Part shown: positions 9,902-18,651 of the stretch, one piece after another
Layout: each line of letters begins with the position of its first letter
Position numbering within the stretch: the stretch's first letter is position 1
Source of the DNA: a virus
Length of the DNA stretch: 64,000 nt
Virus record (IMG/VR): IMGVR_UViG_3300045988_109200
Coordinates: 25,243-89,242 of that record
Strand: one strand, 5' to 3'
Made by a program: the position numbers and the translations under genes
The notes under the pieces: model-generated
What the model was told of the DNA's origin: nothing
The model's database searches: none
The model's input: the letters and a program-made list of their open reading frames with translations, nothing else

Positions 9902-10141
9902 ATGCCTACTATCAGAGGAAACGGACACTGTAAGGTTTGTGGTGCGCCGGCTGCTATAAATCATGAGTATTGTGATCATTGCCGCAGGATAGTAAGAATC
10001 GAAGCGCGACAGGCTTATGAAAGAAAGAGACGAGAACAGGAACGAAGCAAAAAGCCAATCTTGACATTCAGCGATGTTATTAAACTTGCGGATGCCGAGG
10101 GATTGTCTTACGGAAAATACTGTTTAAAGTATGGGATTTGA
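9902..10141 (+). CDS. zinc-ribbon protein (79 aa)
   Basis: CKVCG...CDHC motif. Confidence 0.45.
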   Translation: MPTIRGNGHCKVCGAPAAINHEYCDHCRRIVRIEARQAYERKRREQERSKKPILTFSDVIKLADAEGLSYGKYCLKYGI

Positions 10142-10151
10142 GGTGAATGTG

Positions 10152-10970
10152 ATGAGTGCAGTTGTTGAAAGAAAAGAAGAACAGATATCTAAATTGGTCT
10201 ATTTTAATCCTAAACCTTCCGTTCCGGCGAAAAAGCGTGGTGTTACAAAAAGTAAGCAGAAGCGTAAGCGTAATATTTCTCCAATTAGAAGCTTGGATGA
10301 TGTTCAAATGATTTCGGAATACTTCTGGGATAAAAAGCAATATCGCAATTGGTGTCTATTTAATGTCGGCATTGCAACTGGGTTGCGTGCTAGTGACTTG
10401 CTTAAATTGAAAGTTTCTGATATGTCTTACTGTCTTTATAATGGAAAAATTGAGGTGGTTGAGGACGCAGGAACTTGCATCGTCGAAGAAAAGACTTCCA
10501 AATATCGTGAAATCATTCTTACTCCAGAAGCGAGAGACATCGTTGAAACGTACATTAAGATTGCAAATCTTGGATATGACGATTGGATGTTTCCGTCTCG
10601 GCAGGGGAGTTGGAAAAAGTCGTTGAGGACAAATGGTGGAGATGGGAAAACTGGTATTCCTCATATTGCAGAACCCAAAAAAGCCGGTGATCCTATTGAT
10701 GTTGATTCTTTTGCTCGTATCCTTCGTAATGCTGGTAGAGATTTGAATCTTAATTATAAGATTGCGTCTCATTCTTGCCGTAAGACATTTGGTTATCGTG
10801 AGATGTGTCTTAATAAGGATGATAACCAGGCATTGTCTTGGATTCAGGGTCAGTTGAATCATAGTAGTCAGGATATTACATTACGGTACGTTGGTTTTGA
10901 TGAGGATAAGGCAAAAGAATATTATAAGAAGACTTTTTATGGTGTGAATACACACAGCTTGGAAGACTGA
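10152..10970 (+). CDS. tyrosine site-specific recombinase (integrase/Xer-like, 273 aa)
   Basis: GLRASDL (Arg I), HSCRKTF (HxxR), LNHSS, LRYVG (catalytic Tyr) motifs; basic N-terminal tail. Confidence 0.65.
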   Translation: MSAVVERKEEQISKLVYFNPKPSVPAKKRGVTKSKQKRKRNISPIRSLDDVQMISEYFWDKKQYRNWCLFNVGIATGLRASDLLKLKVSDMSYCLYNGKIEVVEDAGTCIVEEKTSKYREIILTPEARDIVETYIKIANLGYDDWMFPSRQGSWKKSLRTNGGDGKTGIPHIAEPKKAGDPIDVDSFARILRNAGRDLNLNYKIASHSCRKTFGYREMCLNKDDNQALSWIQGQLNHSSQDITLRYVGFDEDKAKEYYKKTFYGVNTHSLED

Positions 10971-10975
10971 GGTGT

Positions 10976-11656
10976 ATGATGGCTGATACTTATATTAAGA
11001 TCTGGGATACCTACGAGAGCTACTTTGAACCCCTTAGTGCTGCTGAGGTGGGGCGTCTGGTACTGGCGATGATGAAATACAAATCGTCTGGAACAGAGCC
11101 TGAACTCAACGGAAATGAGCGGTATGTGTGGCCCGCCGTGAAGAGAGATTTAGATAAAGATGCCGAATACATCGAAGGCAAGAGAATTTCTGGCAAAGCT
11201 GGTGGCTCATCAAGCAAGCGTAAGCAAAATGAAGCAAACGCAAGCAAAACCAAGCTAGAAAAAGAGAAAGAAAAAGATAAGATATCGTCTTCGTCTTGTG
11301 ATGAGACGACAACGACGAAACCTATCGAGGATGTTTTTCGAGAGAATATCGGGAAGCTTGGTGCTACTGGTCGAAAGGCTTTAGCAGAATATGTTGAGCG
11401 CATGGGTGATGAACTTGTACTTGCTGTGATTGGTAAGTGTTCTGATCTCGGCGGTAGCACATGGGCTTATGTGCGAAAAGCTCTGGATGAAGCAGAATCT
11501 CTTGGTTGCAAGACTGCTGATGACTATCGCCGGGCTTGTCCGATAGGGAGTGGTCGTAATCTTAGAGTTGACAGAAAAGAATTCAGTGGCAACGATATCC
11601 TGAAAAACGCAACGAAACGTCGTCCACTAGTAAAAAGAGAGCTGGAAACAGCATAA
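10976..11656 (+). CDS. DnaD-domain replication initiation/primosome protein (226 aa)
   Basis: C-terminal ENIGKLG...ALAEYVERMGDELVLAVIGKC...WAYVRKALDEAESLG matches the DnaD/DnaB-C domain pattern. Confidence 0.5.
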   Translation: MMADTYIKIWDTYESYFEPLSAAEVGRLVLAMMKYKSSGTEPELNGNERYVWPAVKRDLDKDAEYIEGKRISGKAGGSSSKRKQNEANASKTKLEKEKEKDKISSSSCDETTTTKPIEDVFRENIGKLGATGRKALAEYVERMGDELVLAVIGKCSDLGGSTWAYVRKALDEAESLGCKTADDYRRACPIGSGRNLRVDRKEFSGNDILKNATKRRPLVKRELETA

Positions 11657-11671
11657 ATGGAGGCTTGAATT

Positions 11672-12073
11672 ATGGGACTGTTACTTGGTTTGGGTTTACT
11701 TGGCGCAGCATTTGCGATTGATGGAGCAAAGCAAGCACCGTTTGATAAGGCGTATCGCCGTCTGGAAAACGAATGGGGGACTTGTACATCGGAAGAGAGT
11801 AAGCGGTGTGATGCTCTGAAGTATGCCGTGCAGAACGGTTTATGTTTCGAGGATGAAAAGAAGCCTGTGATTGAGTGGCAGAAGCTGAGAGACCTTCAGT
11901 GGAAGTATCAGCTGGCTGGTATTTCTTGGCCGAGAGAATCTGCGATTCGAGATGTATGCCGGTTGGCAGCTCGTGACCGTGGATTTGAGTATAAAGGGTA
12001 TCTGCGAAATACATTGACATTTGGTTACATCACTGATCCGAAAAATATTTGCAAGCTTGGCATCGTGGATTGA
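11672..12073 (+). CDS. hypothetical protein with N-terminal signal/TM segment (133 aa)
   Basis: ORF track; MGLLLGLGLLGAAFA start. Confidence 0.45.
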   Translation: MGLLLGLGLLGAAFAIDGAKQAPFDKAYRRLENEWGTCTSEESKRCDALKYAVQNGLCFEDEKKPVIEWQKLRDLQWKYQLAGISWPRESAIRDVCRLAARDRGFEYKGYLRNTLTFGYITDPKNICKLGIVD

Positions 12074-12087
12074 GAGGAGATTTGAAA

Positions 12088-12393
12088 ATGAACAACACTC
12101 GTAGAAAAGCTATTAAGCAGACTATTGATCGTTTCCGTTCCATCCGTAAGAAGCTGGAAGAACTTGTATCTGAGGTCGAAAGTGTAAAATCCGATGTTGA
12201 GGATATCCAGTGGGAAGAAGAAGAGTATCGTGACAATATGCCGGAAAACCTGCAGGGAAGTGAACGATACGATAAGGCAGATAATGCTTGCACGAATCTG
12301 TCTGATGCTGTGGATGCTCTGGATGATATGATTGGTGCTCTGGATTTTGACTTTGGTGATGTGACCACATCTCTGGAGGAAGCGATGGAATGA
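12088..12393 (+). CDS. hypothetical acidic protein (101 aa)
   Basis: ATG 12088 after gaggagatttgaaa. Confidence 0.45.
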   Translation: MNNTRRKAIKQTIDRFRSIRKKLEELVSEVESVKSDVEDIQWEEEEYRDNMPENLQGSERYDKADNACTNLSDAVDALDDMIGALDFDFGDVTTSLEEAME

Positions 12394-12578
12394 TTAAGGC
12401 CACAAATCCATTAAAGAGAAGTGCATGGGCTGTGTTCTTGTATAGAGGCAGGCAAGTTTGCTCATATCTTTTGCGTAATAGTAATCTTGGGGACAAGGAA
12501 CGAATGGTAGAACTGCTGGCACGAAGGTACATGACAGAGCCTGAGAATATTGTTGTAGATATTGAATTTAGAGATTGA
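12390..12578 (+). CDS. hypothetical protein (62 aa)
   Basis: ORF track. Confidence 0.35.
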   Translation: MIKATNPLKRSAWAVFLYRGRQVCSYLLRNSNLGDKERMVELLARRYMTEPENIVVDIEFRD

Positions 12579-12679
12579 GGTGATAGAGAATGACCGCATT
12601 TGTAATGTTTGCTTTTAATGTAGCGCTGATAATAACAGTGAATAATAGTCCGTTTGCATTTTGATTGAGAGGTGTGAAT

Positions 12680-12895
12680 ATGGGTCAGCTAACAGAAATT
12701 TATAATCGTCTCGGAGAAGAGTTTGATAAAGCATCACGGGAACACTTTGATGCTGCGCTTAATGGTAAAAAGAATGGAAATAGGATTTATTATCATGGTA
12801 AGATGCACGGTATTTATATTGCAATAAAAATTGTAGAAGAAATACTTAATAACGCAAGAGAAGAATGTCTCAAAGAGGATTTTGATAAAACCTAA
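12680..12895 (+). CDS. hypothetical protein (71 aa)
   Basis: ATG 12680 after gagaggtgtgaat. Confidence 0.4.
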   Translation: MGQLTEIYNRLGEEFDKASREHFDAALNGKKNGNRIYYHGKMHGIYIAIKIVEEILNNAREECLKEDFDKT

Positions 12896-12916
12896 ATTCT
12901 TTGGAGGAAAAACTAA

Positions 12917-13435
12917 ATGATTATTACTATGTATCGAAGAAAATGGAAATTCTCGGTAATGAACGCAGAAGATGCAGAAAACTTTATCCGACAGCCACAT
13001 TTTGAACGAATTCGGTTCATCTCAATCACTGAAGCTAATGGTTATCATATTGATTTTCATAAGTGTAAGGGCAATATTACTTTTCTACCGCTGAAGTTTG
13101 ATGATTGCACTACTGATTTAGAAGGCACCTGTATCACTGATGTTCAAGCTAAGAATATCGTGAATTTTGTTCTGGACAACCATGAGGAAGATAAGACAGA
13201 TTGGTTCTGTGTGAATTGTGGTGCTGGTAAATCAAGATCTGCAGCTGTGTGCGCTGCTGTTATGAAAATTCTGTGTAATGATGATATGCCGGTATTTACA
13301 AACAGCTACTTCGATCCGAATATGACGGTGTACAGAGAGGTGCTAAATGCTTGGGTTAACCGTCTGTCTGATGAAAATGAAAGTGTTTCGACTGAGATAC
13401 GGAATACTGTAAATAAAGATATAGTAGAGGAGTAA
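12917..13435 (+). CDS. protein tyrosine/dual-specificity phosphatase-like (172 aa)
   Basis: CX5R P-loop signature CGAGKSRS (VNCGAGKSRSAAV). Confidence 0.6.
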   Translation: MIITMYRRKWKFSVMNAEDAENFIRQPHFERIRFISITEANGYHIDFHKCKGNITFLPLKFDDCTTDLEGTCITDVQAKNIVNFVLDNHEEDKTDWFCVNCGAGKSRSAAVCAAVMKILCNDDMPVFTNSYFDPNMTVYREVLNAWVNRLSDENESVSTEIRNTVNKDIVEE

Positions 13436-13438
13436 AAC

Positions 13439-13702
13439 ATGAAATACACAAAGCGTGAAATCATTAGCGCATATCGAATTCTCACGAAGAATATTCAACA
13501 GAATGATCTCGGCTGGCGTGGAAAAATGATTTTAAGTGATGTGCTTGATGACTATTTCAGCCGTGTTGATGGTGAAATAGTTGTTGTCGATCCAAAGTAT
13601 GGAAATTTTCGTTGTCCAAAATGCAATACGGTAATTACGAGTAGGTATGATCACTATTGCAGAGATTGTGGTCAGAAGTTTGATTGGAGAGAAACAAGAT
13701 GA
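13439..13702 (+). CDS. zinc-ribbon protein (87 aa)
   Basis: CPKCN...CRDCG. Confidence 0.45.
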   Translation: MKYTKREIISAYRILTKNIQQNDLGWRGKMILSDVLDDYFSRVDGEIVVVDPKYGNFRCPKCNTVITSRYDHYCRDCGQKFDWRETR

Positions 13703-13914
13703 AGATTGATTTGACTCTTAATGAAGCACGAGTAATCCAAGACGCACTTGATGCGACGAGCCTGTGCCGTTCTGGATGCTACATGGGTTACAAGAGTGGT
13801 GATGAGGATTTGTGTTTCAAACTTGATAAGGATGGAAATTATCGCTGCAAGCTAATGCGAGAAATTGATTCTATCAATGGCAAGCTTGAGGATGTAATAA
13901 ATAAAGGCCGATAA
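13699..13914 (+). CDS. hypothetical Cys-containing protein (71 aa)
   Basis: ORF track; ATG 13699. Confidence 0.4.
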   Translation: MKIDLTLNEARVIQDALDATSLCRSGCYMGYKSGDEDLCFKLDKDGNYRCKLMREIDSINGKLEDVINKGR

Positions 13915-14101
13915 AATCCGGGTTCTTGTGGATACTTAACAAAAGGATGTGCAGACCGATGATATAACTATTGATGACGTAGGATTATTAGTAAAATTTT
14001 GGTAATTTTGATAATTGTGTTGAATAATCTCTTTGTGCGGTGTATGCTTGAGACAACCTCAATACAAGATGGTCAAGCCAAAAGAATGTGAGGTTAATAT
14101 A

Positions 14102-14236
14102 ATGTGGATTATGATAATTTTACTTATGGTATTGGATGCCGTGTACGCACTTAGTCTGTTAGGAGCGCTTTCCGATGCCGATGATCAGAGTGGGCGGCTG
14201 GAAATGAAACAGGGAAGGAATGGTCGAAATGAATGA
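14102..14236 (+). CDS. small hydrophobic peptide (44 aa)
   Basis: ATG after gtgaggttaatata; predicted TM helix. Confidence 0.3.
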   Translation: MWIMIILLMVLDAVYALSLLGALSDADDQSGRLEMKQGRNGRNE

Positions 14237-14459
14237 TTTAAAACCGTGTCCGTTCTGTGGTGGGGAAGTTACCATTGCAGAGGGCGGTTATCACCAAACA
14301 AGATGGATGTATGTTACGAGAGGAAACGAAGAAAATAGGTGCAACTGTTATGTTATCATGGAAAGTAAAACTTACGACTTTGATTCCTCTGAAAGTGAAA
14401 AAGCAAAAATTAAAGCCAACCTTATCGAAGCGTGGAATAAACGAGTTTATAAAAGTTAA
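14229..14459 (+). CDS. Lar-family restriction alleviation protein-like (76 aa)
   Basis: MNDLKPCPFCGG N-terminus typical of the Lar family; second Cys pair CNC. Confidence 0.55.
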   Translation: MNDLKPCPFCGGEVTIAEGGYHQTRWMYVTRGNEENRCNCYVIMESKTYDFDSSESEKAKIKANLIEAWNKRVYKS

Positions 14460-14527
14460 GTTCTATAAGATTTTCAAATGGAATTTATAACCGTATTACG
14501 TCAATAATTGAAAAAAGGGAAACTGAT

Positions 14528-14935
14528 ATGAGTGACTATTATGTTGAGCGACTGAATAAAGTAAGGAATATGTCGTGTAAGCCAGTAGGGATGTCTCTTG
14601 TAAAAGAGGGATATGTGTTTGACGAAGATAAATCCGTAAAATGGAATCGTGAACAGGTTTCTAAGAACAATCAGAAATATCAGGACGAAGTGAAAAGGCT
14701 TAATCAAGCTAAAATGAAAGCTCGTGAAGAGACTTATGCTGCTTTCTATAAAGATATTGCCGATGCGTTAAACAGAGCGATTGGTGGAAAAGAAAAAGTT
14801 ACTACAGAGCAAGCAAAGATTGTTTGGAAATATCTTGAAGGACATTTGACTGACTCGTATGATATTGAAGGCCCCCTGTATGATTTAATTAACATGATTG
14901 CAGATTTCGTTGCCGGTGGGCCAGACAATCACTAA
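14528..14935 (+). CDS. hypothetical protein (135 aa)
   Basis: ORF track; aaagggaaactgatATG. Confidence 0.5.
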   Translation: MSDYYVERLNKVRNMSCKPVGMSLVKEGYVFDEDKSVKWNREQVSKNNQKYQDEVKRLNQAKMKAREETYAAFYKDIADALNRAIGGKEKVTTEQAKIVWKYLEGHLTDSYDIEGPLYDLINMIADFVAGGPDNH

Positions 14936-14970
14936 GTCGATAAAAGCTGAGATTTAATGGGAGGAACATT

Positions 14971-15168
14971 ATGAAAAAGTTCGTTGCTCTTTTTGAAGGT
15001 TGGAATGATAAGCACGACCATGAGTGTATGTGCTATGTTGTTGATGTAGATGATGATTTTGAAAGTATTTTGAGTGTTGAAGAACGGGCAAAAAAGATGG
15101 CTCGAAACGAGTATCCTTATTTAACAAAATTTGAAACGCTGTATATCAAGGAATTGGTTGAAAGATAA
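14971..15168 (+). CDS. hypothetical protein (65 aa)
   Basis: ORF track. Confidence 0.45.
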   Translation: MKKFVALFEGWNDKHDHECMCYVVDVDDDFESILSVEERAKKMARNEYPYLTKFETLYIKELVER

Positions 15169-15192
15169 GAACTAAGATTTAGGAGAACGATT

Positions 15193-15507
15193 ATGCTGAC
15201 TGTTATCGATAAAGAAAAAACTAAGCGAGCACGAAAATATGTCAACGAAATGAGTAGCTCTGAATTTCTTGAACTTTGCTATGATTTTTATAATTATAGT
15301 CACGGTGGGAATAACAAAGAGAATGGGGCTTACAACAAGGCTCTTGAATACTTGAACTTATGGAGTGAACCAGTTGCCCTTAAATTTGCCATCTATGAGA
15401 AGGCGCATAAAACATTTGATAAGATTGTACTGATGCTTCTCGAGGATGATGTCAAACGTTATTTAAACTATGAGGTACAAGATGATTTATACAGTAACGA
15501 TGATTGA
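15193..15507 (+). CDS. hypothetical protein (104 aa)
   Basis: ORF track; aggagaacgattATG. Confidence 0.45.
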   Translation: MLTVIDKEKTKRARKYVNEMSSSEFLELCYDFYNYSHGGNNKENGAYNKALEYLNLWSEPVALKFAIYEKAHKTFDKIVLMLLEDDVKRYLNYEVQDDLYSNDD

Positions 15508-15817
15508 CTCGTTTAAGAACGAGCAGAATGCGAAATTCAGTTCGCCAGTGTCAAACACAAAAGGCATCTATTGGATGCCGGATGATAGTTGGATTGCTGG
15601 ATTCTTTACAGATTTAGCAGAGGCTATTCGAGTTGTTAAAGAAAACGTGACTGATATCTTTGAACATTGTTACAACTACGCAGTCGTTGAAGGATACGAG
15701 GAAGGTCTGTACCCAAGACCAGAATTGACGATGTGGTTTAAATATGATGCCGAGAGTGACACAGCATTCGAGATTGAACCGCCGCTGCATAATAAGGTGG
15801 CCGGATATGCTTTTTGA
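15482..15817 (+). CDS. hypothetical protein (111 aa)
   Basis: ORF track; start trimmed to 15482. Confidence 0.45.
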   Translation: MIYTVTMIDSFKNEQNAKFSSPVSNTKGIYWMPDDSWIAGFFTDLAEAIRVVKENVTDIFEHCYNYAVVEGYEEGLYPRPELTMWFKYDAESDTAFEIEPPLHNKVAGYAF

Positions 15818-15834
15818 AGAAGGAGAATAAGACT

Positions 15835-15990
15835 ATGAGTAGTGTACTTATTGATCGGAACGCAGCTAAGAAGGTAGAATCCATCTTCGAGCATCCTGAT
15901 AAGGTCTATTCGGTGTATTTGAAGGCCGGCGGAGATGTCGTTTGGCTGCAAGGTGAAATTGAACTGTATGAGTTTTTGCGCAGCTTATAA
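15835..15990 (+). CDS. hypothetical small protein (51 aa)
   Basis: ATG after gaaggagaataagact. Confidence 0.3.
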   Translation: MSSVLIDRNAAKKVESIFEHPDKVYSVYLKAGGDVVWLQGEIELYEFLRSL

Positions 15991-16011
15991 AACCAATATT
16001 TTTGAAAGGAA

Positions 16012-16638
16012 GTGATTCTTATTAACTCTAATTTGTTAATAAATCGTGAGCAAAGTATTGCTATTGTGTGTATAATGTGCCTGCTGGCGGGGAATCTTGT
16101 ATCGAAGATCAGTCCGGTAATTCAGAATCATGGTGATTCATACCTTTATAATAATAGCCCTCCGGCAGTGAGTGTAGTGCAGCAAGAGGAAAAGGAGCCA
16201 GAAGTCATTGTAGAAACCGTTACTGAGATGCGGATTGTAAACTTTGGTCAGGGCAAACATAAACTCACTGATGACGAACGTGCTCTTGCGGAGCAGATCG
16301 TTGCTTGTGAAGCAGGTGCTGACAGTTTGGAAGGCCAGATGGCTGTGGCCCAATGCCTTTATGATTCCGCTGTACTTGATAGTCTAACCATCCAGCAGGT
16401 CTTTAAGAAGTATGGTTATAGTTCCTTATATAATAGGAAGGTGACGGCAGAGAACGAACTGGCTGTGTCTATGGTGTTTGATTACGGCGCTAAGATTTCA
16501 GACAAACCTATTCAATGGTTTGTAACCCCGGCGGCTGCTCCAGGCAGTTGGCACGAGCGCGGAGCAACCTTTGCTGGACAATTTGGCGCACACAGGTTTT
16601 ATTATGACGCGAAGCTGGTTGTGGATGATGCTGAGTAA
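16012..16638 (+). CDS. SleB/CwlJ-family cell wall hydrolase with N-terminal TM anchor (208 aa)
   Basis: GTG start after aaaggaag; C-terminal LAEQIVACEAG...EGQMAVAQCLYDSA...NRK... resembles the Hydrolase_2 domain; hydrophobic N-terminus. Confidence 0.6.
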   Translation: MILINSNLLINREQSIAIVCIMCLLAGNLVSKISPVIQNHGDSYLYNNSPPAVSVVQQEEKEPEVIVETVTEMRIVNFGQGKHKLTDDERALAEQIVACEAGADSLEGQMAVAQCLYDSAVLDSLTIQQVFKKYGYSSLYNRKVTAENELAVSMVFDYGAKISDKPIQWFVTPAAAPGSWHERGATFAGQFGAHRFYYDAKLVVDDAE

Positions 16639-16692
16639 ATGGCATCATCTAAAATTTTGATAAAGTAGCACAACAAAATGGTGTGGTACATA

Positions 16693-16720
16693 TTGACGAA
16701 AACAAAAAGATGTGTATAAT
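16693..16720 (+). promoter_or_regulatory. sigma70-type promoter TTGACG-16-TATAAT
   Basis: near-consensus -35/-10 hexamers upstream of the 16763 gene. Confidence 0.5.
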
Positions 16721-16762
16721 ATATCTTGGAAGTTGTTTATGTGATCGGAAGGCGGTATTTCG

Positions 16763-17089
16763 ATGAGTGAGAAAAAGGTTTTGGGAGTTATACAGGTTGA
16801 GAACTTTTTGAAGTACATAAGAAAAAAGCGAGTGTGGGTCTGTTTTATTTGCAATGGTGTGGATGTTCACATGATCTGCAAAAAGATGGACGACATTGGC
16901 GTAGAGACGCATGGGATTGTCAAAGGCATTGGATTTTTTGGAAACGAAAGTCATATTGAGTTGCGGCAAGAATGTCACGAAGTAAGGAGGGTTGAGTTTA
17001 GGCCGGGCGATAAAGAGAAAGCGTATGAGATGATATTCGATAACACCAGCGTGTTCGTATCAGAGAATCCAGAGTTGTACGGGCACTAA
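16763..17089 (+). CDS. hypothetical protein (108 aa)
   Basis: ORF track; own promoter; precedes MazF-like gene. Confidence 0.4.
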   Translation: MSEKKVLGVIQVENFLKYIRKKRVWVCFICNGVDVHMICKKMDDIGVETHGIVKGIGFFGNESHIELRQECHEVRRVEFRPGDKEKAYEMIFDNTSVFVSENPELYGH

Positions 17090-17108
17090 AAATATTTTTG
17101 AAAACCTA

Positions 17109-17137
17109 TTGACTTCTGTAAAGGTATCCTGTATAAT
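17109..17137 (+). promoter_or_regulatory. consensus sigma70 promoter TTGACT-17-TATAAT, overlapping a 21-bp conserved motif copy in minus orientation
   Basis: perfect spacing and hexamers; spacer/-10 is GTATCCTGTATAATATAG. Confidence 0.6.
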
Positions 17138-17180
17138 ATAGCTATGGAACGGAGCTACACTATTATAGAGGAGAAAGACT

Positions 17181-17600
17181 ATGGACAACAATATTGACCC
17201 AAAGGTCGGAGAGGTTTGGTTGGTTGATCTATCCAATGCGACAGGTCATCAGCAGCGCGGTATTCGACCGTTCGTTGTGACGAGCAACAATAAGCGCAAC
17301 TTCTTTAGTCCAACAATTAAAGGGAATCCGTTGTCTTCCAGAATATACAAGCGCTCTCCGGTTCATGTTCTACTCTCAAAGGAAGATTGTGATTTCCTAG
17401 AGGTTGATAGTATCGTTCTATGTGAAGAGACTGATACACTTAACAAAGGACAGTTCATTAAAAAACTTGGTGTCTTGTCGGAGCGTCAGATGAATATGAT
17501 CGCAATGGCAAGATGCAAGGATGAACCGTTTTTGCTTGCAGCATTCCTGAGCGGCGTACAACATACCATGGAATTTCAGAATTTTGCCGCATTTGCTTGA
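17181..17600 (+). CDS. MazF/PemK-family toxin-like endoribonuclease (139 aa)
   Basis: VGEVWLVDLSNATGHQQRGIRPFVVTS N-terminus matches the PemK/MazF signature. Confidence 0.7.
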   Translation: MDNNIDPKVGEVWLVDLSNATGHQQRGIRPFVVTSNNKRNFFSPTIKGNPLSSRIYKRSPVHVLLSKEDCDFLEVDSIVLCEETDTLNKGQFIKKLGVLSERQMNMIAMARCKDEPFLLAAFLSGVQHTMEFQNFAAFA

Positions 17601-17653
17601 TTTTTTATAAGGTTTAATGGTACACTACATATAATAAGAAGGAGTGTGCCACT

Positions 17654-18580
17654 ATGCTTACTGAAGAAAAAATCAAAGCTTTTGCCGAAAAGTATTCTGA
17701 TAGAAGCGGTGAGTTTGTTGCATCGACGATGCGTCACGTCATGGATTACGAGGCCGAGCGTGGGTATGAGTTGTTTGACTTCACAAAAGATGATTTCGTA
17801 AAGATGTTTGCCAAATATAATTGGGTGAATTCGAGTCGTTCGTTTAAAAATGTGAAGTCAATAATCACAGGCTACATCAAAAGTGAAAACGAAACAAGCA
17901 TGTATGATCTGGCTGACTTTTCAGAGAGCGATGTAAGCGCAGATGATATGTACAATGACAGTTATTTTGCGTCGGTTGACGAATTTGTTGACTTCTTAAA
18001 TAAGTACGAAGAGCCATATCAGATTCGTATGAACGTAATTGCTGTTTTGTACTGGATTGGTCTTACTTCCGATGAGATTTCTAATCTAACAATTAACGAT
18101 GTGGATTTTGAATCTAATACCGTTCTTGATAAGACTGATGTTGACGCAAGGTTAATGGATATTATCAAGCAATGTTACGAGATGAAACAGTATGAAGCCC
18201 CCAATAAGAGCGGTTATAGAACATTTTATGTCATGAATGGCGATTATATCCTACGCAAAACGAAGGATAAACCCGGTGTAAACAGTGATCCAAAGACGTC
18301 TATAATTTCAATTCATGTCTATTTTTCGAGGTTGAACGATATCCTCGAAAAAAGGCATCATTCAAAAACCTTAGATCAAAGATATTTAGCCAGAAATTGT
18401 GAGTATATCAAGGTTTATAACTACTGTAAAACTCATCCAAAATTTAATCTTGCAGAACTTAGTTTCGGAAATGGTAAAGGTCCTCTTGCGGACATTATCG
18501 GAAGAAAGTGCAGTAAAGTTGCCTATCTTAGTTTCCGGCAAGGATATAAAGGTTGGGTTGAATATTTCCATGAAAATTAA
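17654..18580 (+). CDS. hypothetical protein, possibly degenerate tyrosine-recombinase-like fold (308 aa)
   Basis: ORF track; LYWIGLTSDEISNLTINDVDF segment resembles recombinase box I, but no clear HxxR/Y. Confidence 0.45.
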   Translation: MLTEEKIKAFAEKYSDRSGEFVASTMRHVMDYEAERGYELFDFTKDDFVKMFAKYNWVNSSRSFKNVKSIITGYIKSENETSMYDLADFSESDVSADDMYNDSYFASVDEFVDFLNKYEEPYQIRMNVIAVLYWIGLTSDEISNLTINDVDFESNTVLDKTDVDARLMDIIKQCYEMKQYEAPNKSGYRTFYVMNGDYILRKTKDKPGVNSDPKTSIISIHVYFSRLNDILEKRHHSKTLDQRYLARNCEYIKVYNYCKTHPKFNLAELSFGNGKGPLADIIGRKCSKVAYLSFRQGYKGWVEYFHEN

Positions 18581-18584
18581 AAAC

Positions 18585-18608
18585 AGGGGGCTTCGGCCCC
18601 TTCATTTT
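18585..18608 (+). terminator. rho-independent terminator (GGGGGC-UUCG-GCCCCU stem-loop plus T tract)
   Basis: perfect GC stem with UUCG tetraloop followed by tcatttt. Confidence 0.6.
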
Positions 18609-18615
18609 AACATGC

Positions 18616-18636
18616 TAACTATATAACACAGGATAC
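18616..18636 (+). promoter_or_regulatory. conserved 21-bp motif copy TAACTATATAACACAGGATAC
   Basis: one of at least 7 near-identical copies; about 15 nt upstream of the Pnkp-like gene start. Confidence 0.5.
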
Positions 18637-18651
18637 CTATTAGAAAGGGAG

